Below are positions 49,780 through 62,599 of a stretch of 64,000 nt of DNA, piece after piece (positions within the stretch are counted from its first letter, which is position 1; every line of letters starts with the position of its first letter). Both the position numbers and the translations under genes were made by a program. Under the pieces are notes generated by a model. The model worked only from the letters and a program-made list of their open reading frames with translations. It was not told the DNA's origin and did no database searches. Source of the stretch: Harriotta raleighana (Eukaryota); contig JBNZDD010013549.1 of NCBI GenBank assembly GCA_050575255.1, positions 62,001 through 126,000 of the forward strand, in the 5' to 3' direction.

Positions 49780-49990
49780 AGATTCTTCCTGGCATCATCC
49801 GAGTAAGATTGTCCGGTTGTCTTCCAATGCGTATTATCCAGCACAGTTCACCTGGCAGTAATCGGGAACAGCCTTGGTGGAATCCCCACCCTAAAGATAC
49901 TGAGACCAACTTCTGCACTTACCATAAATGACTAATGTAACCAAAACTGAGGACCCAATCTCAGACCATGTGTGGCTTAACACTGCACCC
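49780..49990 (-). mobile_element. AmnSINE2-like remnant
   Basis: TCCAGCACAGTTCACCTGGCAGTAATCGGGAACAG..ACTGAGACCAA. Confidence 0.45.
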
Positions 49991-50890
49991 AAGTTCAATG
50001 ATGACTGTGTCTCTCTCCGCAGCTCAAGATTATTTCAGCTTCTTCTGTCACTTTCATCAAACAGTTTAAAAAGCAGAACTGCGCTTTAAACAGCTGAAGG
50101 GGGAAAGGTGTGTGTCTCAGATTTGGGTCACAATTTAATCTACACTAGTTATAGGATTGGTTTCTGATTGAAAGGAATATGATTTTCAAATCTTAGCACA
50201 GATGTTTCATATTCATCAGTTTGGTAATGAGATAATAGACCTGAGGTCAAATAACTGTCAACTTCCTTTGGTATCCATCACCTTTTCCTCCACATTTTTA
50301 GTGAATGGCAATGTGGTTCCCATCAGGGCTGGCCCTAAAGTGGAATTTTTGGCCTTCCATTAATTCTCGCACACTCTTTCCTAAGTGGCAATCTCACTGG
50401 GAGGAGAAAAAAAAGGCAACCACTTGCTAAATCTGTTTATATGTTGGATCAGACAAGAAACACAGGCCCGATGGATCCAGCTGAATAAATAAGATGTGCA
50501 TGTGGACGCCTTACACTTGGGGTACAGTATAAGGTGGCCTCACAATCAAAACAAAGTGACAGGAAAAGCCGACTGATTTCAAGCCTTCACTAAATTCCTT
50601 TGTCTTATGAAAAAATAATCTTTCATAACTTCGCTGAAACTCAGTTTATTTTAAACAACATTACGGGCTGAGTACCAGTCACCAAATGATCTCTATCTCT
50701 GGAGTTCAACCTCAGCGGCCCTTGCACAACTGGAAAGGGAGTGTTTGTATATGTGTGCGCATGTACAAATCCTTTTAAGAGTGGTACAGTCCTCAAAAGT
50801 AAGGCAGTTCTTTCACATTTTGACTTGTCCCACATTCCCCTCTCCCATCCTGCTCCTCCCTTCTCCCCCACACCCCCCCCTCCCACCAAC

Positions 50891-50914
50891 CACACACACA
50901 CACACACACACACA
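50891..50914. repeat. (CA)n microsatellite
   Basis: Directly visible. Confidence 0.9.
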
Positions 50915-50929
50915 AACTCCTACTTTTGA

Positions 50930-51190
50930 AACAAAGAGATGGTTAAGGGACTTGCTTCTTCCAGACAGCCAGAGCACAAAAAGGAAGTGAGTGAAATCTC
51001 AATTTAGAACAGATGTCAGGAAAACAAGTTAGTTGCTCAGAGAGATAAGTGTTTAGAATAATCTACAAGCAAATTGTCGATGGCAAAAGTATTGAGGGTT
51101 ACTCAAAGTACAAATCGTTTGTTTGATGGAAGAATTACTGTACTAGAAGGCTGACCTTCAATGGACTAAATGACCTACTTTACATCCTTG
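50930..51190 (+). mobile_element. Decayed CR1 3' remnant
   Basis: GGTTAAGGGACTTG..AATTTAGAACAGATGTCAGGAA (~FRTDVRK)..GGACTAAATGACCTACTT. Confidence 0.5.
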
Positions 51191-52149
51191 ACTTTACTTC
51201 TGATTTTGAGCTACATATGTAAGCATGTAGGTGTGTGTACTCGTGTGGTATAAATGTTTCAACAGTGGAGGTATCAGCAGGTTTTCTTCTCAATGTATTT
51301 GGTTTCCCATCCTTCTTCAGTCTTTTTTTTGCCTCCAAAAGCTTTTGTAACCTACATTTAAGCACCTGTCACTTTGAGAGATGGCTGATGTGCTAATTGC
51401 CCAGAACCAAAGAATTTAAGCTGTAAACAAATGAGAACAGTATTTATAATAAATCAGTTTTATAGGCCTCTGATGGTGATGATATCAGCTTAATTTATGT
51501 CAGCAGAACTCGCAAACTTCTATCACAGCTGAATTTTCTGTTTCTTTAGCTGGGGAAAAGCTTGCTCAGATTCCAGTGCTCAATGTTAACAGCATAATGA
51601 CAAGCTCTCAACTGCTAAACCATCGCACTAAAAAGCATAATGGATGACTGCAAAATATTATGATACTTTGGAGATTAACAAAACAACTATATGTTACCAA
51701 ACTGGTGAATCTATGAATCTATCTTCTTTCAGAGGTAATGGGAAGTGGATTTTAAAGAAAATTGCTGAATATTCCCCAACGTCCCTAGTTGTTAAAGCTT
51801 TACAGTGCTAAAATACACAGACCACAATCGCATGTGTGAATTGTAATCTGCATTAAACTCATTGATCTCAGACTGGGCACCCCCAGGTAGGGAGTGGGGT
51901 GACGGGATGTAGGGAGAAAAGGAAGTTTAAGCTTAGAGGGCGAGCCAATAAAGCATCTCTCAGTGAGTTAAAATGCCAATGTATATCAGCCATCTTGGTT
52001 TGGAAAGATTGCCAAAGTACGGAAGGCAGAGAGAAAAAAAATTCAAAGACAATGATTTTTGGGGGGAACAAATATTTCCATGAAAACTATTTTTTTTTAA
52101 AAAAAAGCCTCCAGCTACATTATCAAGAGTTGTTTTTTTTGTCTCAGAA

Positions 52150-52420
52150 TTGTTTTCGAACCATTCATACATCACGGGAACAAGACGTACTTTGTAAAGT
52201 GGCTTCCAAACTCAGTGGTCATGATGTTCTTTTCTTACCTCTAGGGATTGTAGGCATGCGTCAGCTTCGTTCCAGCCTCTTCACTGCGCCCAGCGCTGCA
52301 TGGTAGCCTGCATCACTTGTCAGCCAGCGTGCGAGATGAAGGGTGCAAAATATTCTCTCCCCAGATGCATTCGCAACTACTGCCCCCTGATCCCGCTGCA
52401 GGTAACTGATCTCTTCTCCA
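52150..52420 (+). mobile_element. Possible decayed RTE-clade RT remnant
   Basis: GIV..QLRSSLF..SA (~GIPxxLIxLIxSLY) then SVRDEGCKIFSP (~GVRQGCxLSP). Confidence 0.35.
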
Positions 52421-52952
52421 GACCACACGAGAGGGAGATGCATAGAAAACAGTCATCGATTGGAAAGGAAACCGTGGTTATTAGGAACAACAGCTAATTG
52501 AATATCCGTAAATTAAGAAGAGGTTTATTAGAGATATTTCAATGGCTGTTAACATGATCTATAAGGGCATTTTCATACATTTCTTCACTCAACCCTTTCA
52601 CTGGGGAAAGTCGATAAATGAGCAGTGCGGAGCTGGGATGACATTGAATTTAAATGCCATCATAAGATTTCTACTGTAATTAGATTAATAGTGATTCCCC
52701 AAGTAAGCTCATGAATGAGTCAATATTTAACAGCAAACCATCAGGCTGTGTGCATGTAAGCGATCGGCCTTCTCCTGCAGACCAGCAATCTAGTTCATGG
52801 TACATATCTTAAACAATTGTGTACGTGTGATAAGTGCAACATCAGTATCAGCGAGTCTATAAAAGTCAAAATTATGTACATTTGGGGATTATGTTCCCTC
52901 TGAGATACCTATCCTATGTAGAGGGCACTATATAAGTGCAAGTTATTGTTGT

Positions 52953-53216
52953 TTTTTTTCATTTCCATCCGCTGCTCTTGTATTTTTGCTCCGAAAACAC
53001 TACATCTTAGAATTTCAATGCATTAAGTGCAGACTAGGCAGATCTTTGCAAAGAAAATATGGAGAGACATCACCAGGCATCACTNTTTTTTTCATTTCCA
53101 TCCGCTGCTCTTGTATTTTTGCTCCGAAAACACTAAATCTTAGAATTTCAATGCATTAAGTGCAGACTAGGCAGATCTTTGCAAAGAAAATATGGAAAGA
53201 CATCACCAGGCATCAC
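52953..53216. repeat. 131-bp duplication (52953-53083 / 53086-53216) across N at 53085
   Basis: Copies differ at two internal positions (c/a, g/a). Confidence 0.9.
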
Positions 53217-54499
53217 CGAGAGTCACCTGAGAGTAGATGTAGGAGGGGTACAGGAGAAAGTTGCCTCAGGTGCAAATGCTGTATAGTTCATTGAGTTGAG
53301 GAAGAATAGGATGAGTGTTTTAGATTGGAAAAGCTATCTGGGTAGATGATATGAATAGAATGGAAACAACATATATTGAAACAACGTTGTAATACCGTAT
53401 ATTTATTTGGATTACTGTTCTAGCTATTCTTCAAATGACTTATTTGCTTGGAGTTTCTGATCATGCAGAACGTCAGGTATACAATAAAAAAGCCACACGG
53501 GGTCTCTATGAAATATGGCTATGAGTTGACTTACTGTGTGTGTTTATAAGCTATTGAAGACAACTCTCCTTCAAAAGTGTTACATTTATTCACTGTTAAG
53601 AGATGTATCCTGGAATGACTCTGCTTAAAATCAATCTGGGACTATGTGCATTGTTGCTGCTTAGGGTAAGTAAGAGGTGGGCCTCATGGCGGGAAAACTC
53701 CAGTTACAGATAACAGACTATACATGCCTGCGTAGTTTTAAGACATAGAGTTTCTCCCAATGAGGTGATGTCAGATTAGGGTCTCTGTTGCCTGGCTACA
53801 GCAAACTCCACCAGGATAAACATATTAGACTGACGCTGTATAGCAATTTGCATTGAGTCATTCAATTAGGATGGGTTTTCCTACCCATTTGGACACGGGT
53901 TCAGACTTCATCAGTGTTTGTATACTTAAACATTTCTAAAATTGAAGTGGAAATTGGATTAAAGCTATCCTCTTCGTGGAGGTCATTGTGAGATTAAAAA
54001 ATCTTTTTTTTTTACTTGTGGGAAGAATTGTCCTTTGAGGGAAAGTATGAAGGACAATTTGCGAGCTGGATCTGTACAGCTATTGTCCAATCCTTCCAAT
54101 TTTCTCGCATTAAAATATAATGGGAGCTGAGGTAAGCTTAGGAACTCTGCAATACTGAGACATTTCTGCTGTCCAGTAACTGGAGATTTCAGAAAGTCTG
54201 GAGATCCAAGCAGAGCGTTGATTCTTTGATCAACCAGTATTCCAACCCCCCCCCACCACCCCCACCCACCCTCCGCCACACACACCACCACCACACACAC
54301 AGCTCTCCGGAAATATAAACATGTTTACTGACAATTGAAGAATTGTTTCCTCCTGCTGTCAAACCGGTTGTGCTTTTTGTTTTAGGAATCAACTAGATTT
54401 GGAAATGCAATTCATGGCTGCTTGAAACAAATCCTTTCTGGGTATTTTTAAAAAAAACGATGCCCCGACACTCCTCTCCTGAATTCCCAGTGCTTGTGC

Positions 54500-54850
54500 G
54501 CGGGGTACAGTTCCATTGGGACTAGTCACCCTCTGGTATCTCATTCATTCCATCCATTCTTAATGTTGTAAGGGCAGCCCAGATTACAAGGGTTGGCAGA
54601 CGATTCATATTTGATGGGTGTCACAGTAGAGCTTGATCCTTGTATTCAACTGACAGCCACACAAACCTACTTTTCAGGATCACTGGACAAAAATGAGGAG
54701 TGGGAAACCTTGCAGATTAACCCTTGCTGATAGGCCGACTGCAATGACCTTACTGCTGTTTGGGTTGAGATGAACCGTTTGGGCTGACCGTAGCGAAAAC
54801 AATTATTCAACAAGGAACCTTCCTGGTCTATATGCCTCAGTGTCTTTACT
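54500..54850 (-). mobile_element. AmnSINE2-like remnant
   Basis: GGGGTACAGTTCCATTGG..CACCCTCTGGTATCTC..GGATCACTGGA..GGAACCTTCCTGGTCTATATG. Confidence 0.65.
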
Positions 54851-54989
54851 AACTGGGTTATCCAACAGAGTCGGATTATAATTATATTATTTGGTGTGAT
54901 TTTTCGATTTATCTCCAGCTAAAATATCAAGTTGATCCAATATTGGTTGTTATAAGACATATTTGATTAGATCAACTATTTCCATATTT

Positions 54990-55200
54990 GCATTGCAGTC
55001 CGCCATTTTCTTTTATATATCTAGTTTATGTGAAGGTAAAAACTGACATAACGCGATCGATCTTGCAGACCTGTGTTGGTGCAAAAAGTCGTGAAAGCCC
55101 AAGAGTAACCGTGGGAATACTTTTGAGAGACAGACGTTAAGTTCAGCTGAACAGGGGAAGACTTACTTTGGAGAACCTTTGCATAAAAGGTGTCGCCGGA
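54990..55200 (-). mobile_element. Possible decayed RTE endonuclease remnant
   Basis: RLSLKS..TV..LFAPTQVCK (~RLxLRL..YAPT). Confidence 0.3.
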
Positions 55201-56364
55201 AGGATAAAAAAAAGAAATTCAGAAAAAAAATGAGGTAAGCCTCTCCGCAGGTTGAAACATAGATAGATGCTGCTTGGGAGCTTTGTTTCATCTTTACGAT
55301 TGAGAAACCAAACCAGAGCTTGCCTCTGTGCTGAATTTCCACTGAAGCACAACGTAATTAATTACTATTGTTCAGACAAGGAGTCGTTTTTAGACTGACG
55401 GCATGGTATTGTGTACATTCTCCAGATAGAAACCGTGAGTGTATTGATTGCTGTTGTATTCAGTGGGGTCGTAATACAGTCTATTAACCATTTCTCAAGG
55501 AGTGAAAAGATTCTTGATGAAAATCACTGTCGATTGTCTCTGATGTGCTTTCCATGTTCCTAGGTTGTTTTTGTAACTTTTAACTGCAACAGGAAATGTA
55601 CTTCCTCAAATAAATTGTTCAAAGAGTAACCTTTCGAGTGCACAGGGATAGCAAGGGCGGGCGAGATAAAGGACATTCTAACCTTAATACAGTAACTGTG
55701 GTGGAAAATCTCCTCGAAGGTACTCCAGATGGATAGTAATTCTGCTTCAGGTCAGGTCAAATTCAGTTTGGAATGTATTTTCCTTTCGAATGTTGTTACT
55801 GAAGACTTTGCTGACTTCCGATAATTACCACTTTGACATAATTTTCCCACAGTTTTGACAGCAGTTGAACTCTGGATTGGTTTTAACAATCCAAGAGCAA
55901 GCTCGGCTTGGCTGACTACAAAATAGGAATGTGAAACCACATGAATTGTTGAGACACCCAGACAGGAGGTGGAATGTAAATCGGGCACTAATATGCCTTA
56001 CACAATACTCTAATAGTCCATATTGAATCTAGGCAGTTATGAGTTAGCTGTTTTAAATGACTACTCCAAATCGGTAAAGCCTGTAATTAAATATACAGAT
56101 GGGTTTTGCCTAGGATGAATAGTACATTTATATTCCTTTTTTAAGAAAGTATAACTTGCCTTTAAAGCTTGAAGCTAAGCATAAAACGAGTGACAGCATG
56201 CACACTGTGCAGGTTGCCATTTTTTTGAGATTACCACACCTGTGCAGAGGATTTGAGTGTAATTTTAATTCCACGCAACGCAGAGTTCATCAGTATGTGA
56301 ATACTGTACTTTCCAATACCTGTCTTGTTATCAAGACAGAGACATGATGAGCTCTTGTTATCGA

Positions 56365-56600
56365 GAATTGTTAGCCAGGGGCCCAGGAGAAACTCTCTTA
56401 TCATTTTGTATGTGCCTTGGGTCTTTAGAACAGGTAGATGGACCGCAGCTTAACATCTTCATCTGAAAGACTACACCTCTGACAATGCATCTCTTTCCAT
56501 ACACTGTATTGGAGTGTCTGCCTAGTCTATGTGAGTTTAATGTTCTAATGTGGTACTCAAACCTTCTGACTCTGAGGTGAATACTGCCAGCTGATACCCT
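56365..56600 (-). mobile_element. Deu-domain tRNA-SINE remnant
   Basis: GCCAGGGGCCCAGGAGAAACTC..CATCTGAAAGACTACACCTCTGACAATGCA..GGAGTGTCTGCCTAG..ACCTTCTGACTCTGAGGTGA. Confidence 0.75.
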
Positions 56601-56721
56601 GCTTGATGTAACAGCAACTCCTGCTGGTTAACAATAACAACAAATTGCATTTATGCATCGCCTTTCTTGTCGAGAGTCAGATACACGCTGATATGTAGGA
56701 TTGCCACTTCGAATGTAATCT

Positions 56722-56988
56722 ATGCGAGAAACCTGGGTTCAATTCCAGGCAGGGCGAAACCTTGGGCCAGTTTCTTTACTCCACACGCCTAATAATAATC
56801 CCTCAAAAAAAAATTGGTCATTTTCAATCCACGACTGTTTGTGGGACACTGCTATGTGCAATTAGCTGCCGCATTTCGCCCACAAAAATAGAATTAATTC
56901 ACTTTACAGTATATTTCTATGAAGTGCTTTGAGACGTCTAGAAGATGTGAAAAGCGCTATATAAAATGAAAGGATTATTATTATTATG
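56722..56988 (+). mobile_element. tRNA-derived L2-tailed SINE (head partly truncated)
   Basis: GCGAGAAACCTGGGTTCAATTCCAGGCAGGGCGAAACCTTGGG.. to GGATTATTATTATTA. Confidence 0.92.
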
Positions 56989-57695
56989 CATTGAACTATC
57001 CGATGTTTCCGTGGCTTGGAGTGCCTTCCATCCCATTACCATCGGGAATTATTATTCACAACTTCTTGCTCCTCACGGACTATCATGGGCCTTTTTATTG
57101 GTTGTTAGCAACTAAATTTGATAGGCTGATAAATGTACCTTATGAAACCAAACTTCAATCATCTTTTTGCGTGGCACAACCAACCACTGGCCATTTACTT
57201 TGCGGAGAACACTTCAACGTACTCATCTAGCACTTAATCTGTCATAACTTTACTGGAAAATGATGTTTCTAATCCTTCTGAAACATAAAGGTTTCTGAAA
57301 AGCATTTTGTTGACAATGATGCTACTCTGACACTCAGCACTTAACATGCAAAGTGCCGTTTCATACTTTGAAATAACATACACATGTCATTGTTAATACA
57401 AACACATTTTGTAACGTGAATTTTCACTACCAGCTGGTTTCATTTAGTTATATGTTAGCAGTTGTATGGTAGAACAATCCTTACTTAACATTTAGTTGTT
57501 CAAAGAATCCCTCTGTGAGAATCAGAAAATACTTTATATCCTTGCATTGGGTAGAGCGGAGAAGGGTTTTTCTGAAGACAGCTTTTTAAAAAAAAAAAAT
57601 ATCTCAAAATATGAATTGTTTTCAATACAAATGTGACTGCTTTGGTTTAATGTCTTTCCTTTCAATTTCTCTAATATTAGGGTCTAGTTCCTCGG

Positions 57696-57709
57696 GTGCC
57701 ACCTGCTGT
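57696..57709 (-). promoter_or_regulatory. CTCF-like core motif
   Basis: Minus strand ACAGCAGGTGGCAC vs consensus CCASYAGRKGGCRS, one mismatch; motif only. Confidence 0.3.
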
Positions 57710-58682
57710 TTGACAATAAACTCAAGTGACCATTTAATAAGTTTGAGTTCAGAGAGTACATCCCCAGTTTTCCAATTTCTCAGAATTTACCAGGTGAACA
57801 GACCTCATTAATATTTTTCTGTGAAATTTATTTTTAAACGTATTTATTCATCCCTTGATTATCGTAATAAAAACAATCCGTGCGGTTGTTAGAGCGCCTT
57901 ATCAGGCCGTTGACACGTCTTATGATGAATTAGCTGATCTCAGTTGGCGTTGACCAGATTGTGCACATTCCAGTCCTGTCTTAAGCAATTTTGGCTCTTG
58001 GAGAGCAACGCAGTGAATACCCATACATGACCAGTCCTGCCTCCCAGAGACTTCTGCCAACCAAAGGCAGAGCAGCATTGAGGAGAAAGGTGAAGGTGTT
58101 TGGGACCCAAGCCATTGAGCTCTTCCAGATGAAGGTGTAAACAGCAAAACAATATTTCTAAATGATTAACAAATAACTTGAACTTTTCTATGTTGTAATA
58201 AAACTAAAACTTTAACCAAAGAGTGTACACTACAATGACTACCGGGGAGGTACTGTATTTACATACCTGCACTTAGCTATATATTCCTTTGGAATTTAAG
58301 TATTTGCTTTTAATCCTCAGATAGAAGCCAACATGAGGATGTTAGCATTTTTTACCTTCTTGACATTCCTGTATGCCTCCTGCTGAAAACGTACATTTTA
58401 TAACTTGTTGTGTGCTTTTAAGTTTTATTTGAAGGTATGTAATTACATTCTTGACTGAATAACAGCTCCCACAATGATTTACTTCCATGTATTCAATGCC
58501 AACGTTCAAAAGATAGTGTACATTTTGATGTTGCCTTTTGCTTGTGAAGCTCAACAATTTACAGTCCATTTTTACAGATGTTACACTTGATCTGATTTTT
58601 TTTTTAACCTTAAGTCCAAAGAGAATGTATCTCATTCTCTGCCAAATTAGCCATCTTGTTACTGGCCTTTCGAAGAGTCTAT

Positions 58683-59124
58683 ATGATAGTAACATAGCAA
58701 GATACTGCATGGATTTCTAAAACATTTTCTTTCCACAAGTGAGTTATCGTACAAATGTTCTGAGATTCATAGGGTTTCTTTTAGTTCAAACTTGTTGCAA
58801 ATTTTAGACAAGAGCATTAAAAGGAGAAGTCTTATTAATCTATTTATTGGGGTAGGTGGATTGCAGGCTATTCCTGATTGTAATATGATTCAAGACAACG
58901 GANATGATAGTAACATAGCAAGATACTGCATGGATTTCTAAAACATTTTCTTTTCACAAGTGAGTTATCGTACAAATGTTCTGAGATTCATAGGGTTTCT
59001 TTTATTTCAAACTTGTTGCAAATTTTAGACAAGAGCATTAAAAGGGGAAGTCTTATTAATCTATTTATTGGGGTAGGTGGATTGCAGTGCTATTCCTGAT
59101 TGTAATATGATTCAAGACAACGGA
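58683..59124. repeat. ~220-bp duplication (58683-58902 / 58904-59124) across N at 58903
   Basis: Copies differ by three substitutions and one 1-bp indel. Confidence 0.9.
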
Positions 59125-59161
59125 GTCTCGTTCGTTCATAATATAGATTTGCTGCATTAAT

Positions 59162-59340
59162 TAGTAATAATAATCCTTGCATTTGATATTGCGCTTTTCA
59201 AGTCTTCTAGATGTCTCAAAGAGCTTTTGCAAAATATACTGTAAAGTGAATTGACTGCATATTTGTGGGCAAAAAGTGGTAGCCAATTGTGCGTAGCAGT
59301 GTCCACAAACAGTCAGAGATTCAGTGACCAAATTATTATT
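59162..59340 (-). mobile_element. tRNA-derived L2-tailed SINE, 3' half
   Basis: TAATAATCCTTGCATTTGATATTGCGCTTTTCAAGTCTTCTAGATGTCTCAAAG..AAGTGAATTGACTG. Confidence 0.9.
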
Positions 59341-59569
59341 TGACACAATTGCAGCTATCAAGTCTCTGGTTTGGGAAATTTGGGGTAACATTTATGGTCC
59401 ATTCAGTGAAATCTGAAGAACCAGGTTTGTGAAATGGCCAGCTGTTACCCATAGCTCATTGCTCAGCGTATTCTGCGAACGCGGATACAGTATCCACAGG
59501 AACTCTGCATTCCAAGCAATATTTTATTCAAGCGAGGAGCTTAATAACAGGGTTGCCCTTTACTTATTC

Positions 59570-60050
59570 AAGTGCTTCCTTACTCCAACTGATGATGGAT
59601 TCTGACAAATTTCCCACTACTGACTTTAAACTCACTGGCCTATAGTTACTTGGTTTGTCCCTTCCTGCCTTTAGGGACTCTTCTGCAATTGCTCTTCGGC
59701 TCTGCCAATATAAGCTGTATTTTCCTTCGCTGGCTTCTTGATATTAAATCACTTTTGGCAGTCATCTCAGTCCCCTTTAGTTCTTTAAGACTGTAATTAC
59801 TAATGTTGTGATTTGCTCTCAGGCTGTCCCAGTGGTCGGGGTTTGGCTTGGATTGTGAATGTTGCTCAACACAGGGAAACTTTAATCAGAAGATCTCCTT
59901 TGGCTTCTCTGAAGTGGGGTTTCCTTGCTTTGGATCTCAACATTTTCCAAAGCTTTCGGCAAGAGTAATACCCGTTCGGTTCATTTTCAGAGGTCAAGTG
60001 ACTCATTTCTGGTTCATTGAACTAATTAGGTTTCCTTACTGCACCTGGTA
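59570..60050 (-). mobile_element. CR1 ORF2 internal remnant
   Basis: Minus peptide GRDKPSNYRPVSLKSVVG at ~59610-59666 (CR1 NYRPVSLTSVVGK motif). Confidence 0.7.
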
Positions 60051-60094
60051 AAGAGTAAGGGATTGGATGATTTTAATGTAAGTGGAAGTACGGC

Positions 60095-60600
60095 ATCCCC
60101 TGTCCTCTACTGCTCCAAGCTCTGTGACCCCCATCTCCCCCATTCTCCCCCGACTCCATTGGCTCTCCATCACCCAGAGGATTCATTTCAAGATCCTGCT
60201 CCTCATCTTCAAAGCCCTCCACGGCCTCACCACACCCTACCTCTGTGACCGCCTAATCCCCGACCAATCCGCCCACTCCCTCTGCTCAGCAGGCTCCAGC
60301 TCGCTCCATGTCTCCTGACCCACCTACTCCACCGTCAGTAGGCGAGCCTTCAGCCATTCTGCCCCTAACCTCCGGAATTCCATCCCACAGCCCCTCCATC
60401 TCGCCCCCTCCCTGGCCTCCTTCAAGTCCCGCCCCAAGACCCTCCTCTTTCATGATCCCATCGGTCACCCCAAATCCCCTCCTTTCCCTCCCTCCACCCT
60501 CCCCGATCCCGACTCCAGCTCGGGTCTGAATCATTGACAGTCCAGCTTGGGACATCCTCCTGACGCGAAAGGCGCTATATAAATATAATGTTGTTGTTGC
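60095..60600 (+). mobile_element. L2 LINE 3' fragment
   Basis: PISPILPRLHWLSITQRIHFKILLLIFKALHGL; C-rich UTR; GGGACATCCTCCTGACGCGAAAGGCGCTATATAAAT..(TTG)n. Confidence 0.93.
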
Positions 60601-62599
60601 TTTAGTAGAGGTTTAGTGCTAAATCAATGTTATTACTGCCAATACTGTATATCAACCCACAAGGCTTCAACTGACTATGAAATGGGAAACTCTAGTATTG
60701 GTTCATGCCATAATGATGGTTATGCACTAAGGCCCCAAAAGATTATGCAGACTTCAAATCGTGATTAAAATTAAATTGGATGTGATCATTTAAATTCACA
60801 GAATATACCTTACTGAAATCATTACATAAAAATCCAGGCTGTTCTACTTAGCAACAATCCCAACAAAAGCAAGTTACGGCTTTATCTAATCATTGTTTTG
60901 CATTCGACAGGGTGAGGGATATCTGTGCTGAGGAAAGTAAAACATTTCCCTCCTTGCTATCAAATATAAGCATCAAGCATTTGTTGAATGGCTTGGATGC
61001 AATGTGAAGTGCTCTCCACTAAACCACAACCTCTGAAAATTGTCCCTAATACACCAGTGAGACATTTCCACTTTCTGCCCCAGCCAACGAGGCTTGCGGT
61101 TTCTGAATCACCCCACCAGCCGGCGACAAATTATGATCAGTTTCTTGTTGTGGCAGTTAGGAACTGTATAGACAGAATAATACTGTAATGATAATCCTTG
61201 CACACTACCCAAAGCAACCCTTACAGTATTTACTAGAAGTGAAGTGAACAGACAAATACTCCCACAGGCTCACCTACTCTCCTATCATTCCAATTGGATG
61301 ACATTTCTCAATTAAAGCACAAGGATTTTTTCTTCTCTCATTCATGAATAGAGTATGTAGAATAGTGACATAATTGTAGGTGCATTACTGGAGTTTTGCT
61401 TAATTAATCTTGGAGGTCCAGGAGAAATTTCACAGAACTTTAATCTTCTTGGATATTCCCCATAGAAGAGTTGATGGAACTCAATGGTAGCTTTTGTTGC
61501 TTTCAATGGTAAAGCATGAACTTTTCTTATTCCGTATTGGTAAGCCCTTTGAAGAGCTAACTGTGTACAATGTCTCTTTAAGATTAATCTTCACTGCCAG
61601 TGAAATAAACCATTTGTTAAAGGTCTCCGTCTGTTATTCCATTAAGTGAGAGTTTTGAATTTTTTCTCTCTCAGATGATTTGGGTCTGGGCCTAAATTAT
61701 AACTGGCCTGGACCTAGCTTTTATTATTTAGTATGTTTGGGTAGCCTTGACACCATCAGTAATTATTTTTTGGAAAGGAGATGCATATAGTTGTGCTCCA
61801 ATTACCATCAGTTTTGCATTTCCATTTTGGCATTAATCATTGGCAGTACAAGAATCATTAAAAGGAAAGCCAATTCAGCTAATAATTGAGGGATGGAAAG
61901 GCAAGGAAAAGAGCCAAATCACAATACTGTATATTGCTCTTATACTATTTAATGTATCTTGAAGTTAGCTTTAATATCTCCATTACACTCTAAAAGTGCC
62001 TACAACAGTATCATATCCCCTTCGAACCCCACAGCAGCAGCACACGGAGAGGCAGTGGAGAGGAGCAATTTTCCTGTCCCTTAATAATTACTTGGCTCGA
62101 AATAATCTGCAGTCACTGAACTTTTTTTTAAAAAAAAACAGAGATACCACTGGAATTGTTAAACAAAATAAGTGAAAGATTTGTTTTGAAGCCATTTCTA
62201 GGTTACTAGGTTCTATGGAAAAAAAGGCCAACAGCTTGCTTGGTACTTCTATGAGAAAATAGCTGTTTATAATAACATTTAAGTACAGTATTTTTGCCTA
62301 ACCTACTTCTTTTGATTATAGCTCAATTTGACTACTTGGAATGAGGCTGAAACCTTAGATGGAATCAGACTCAGAGTTGAGGAACAATAATTTAGCACTG
62401 CAACATTTGTTATCTCTGTGGAAACTCTGACTTAGAGGTTCTCTTAAGGTGCATGCAGAAGATGTATGTGCCAGTCGGTATAGCTGCTTGTATAGCTCCA
62501 TGTATTTTGGTTTGAATGTACAGTATATCTATTCTATTGAGTAAAGTCTGCTCCTATCCCCCTACTCCCCACCCCACAGACCCACACACAATGACTCAA

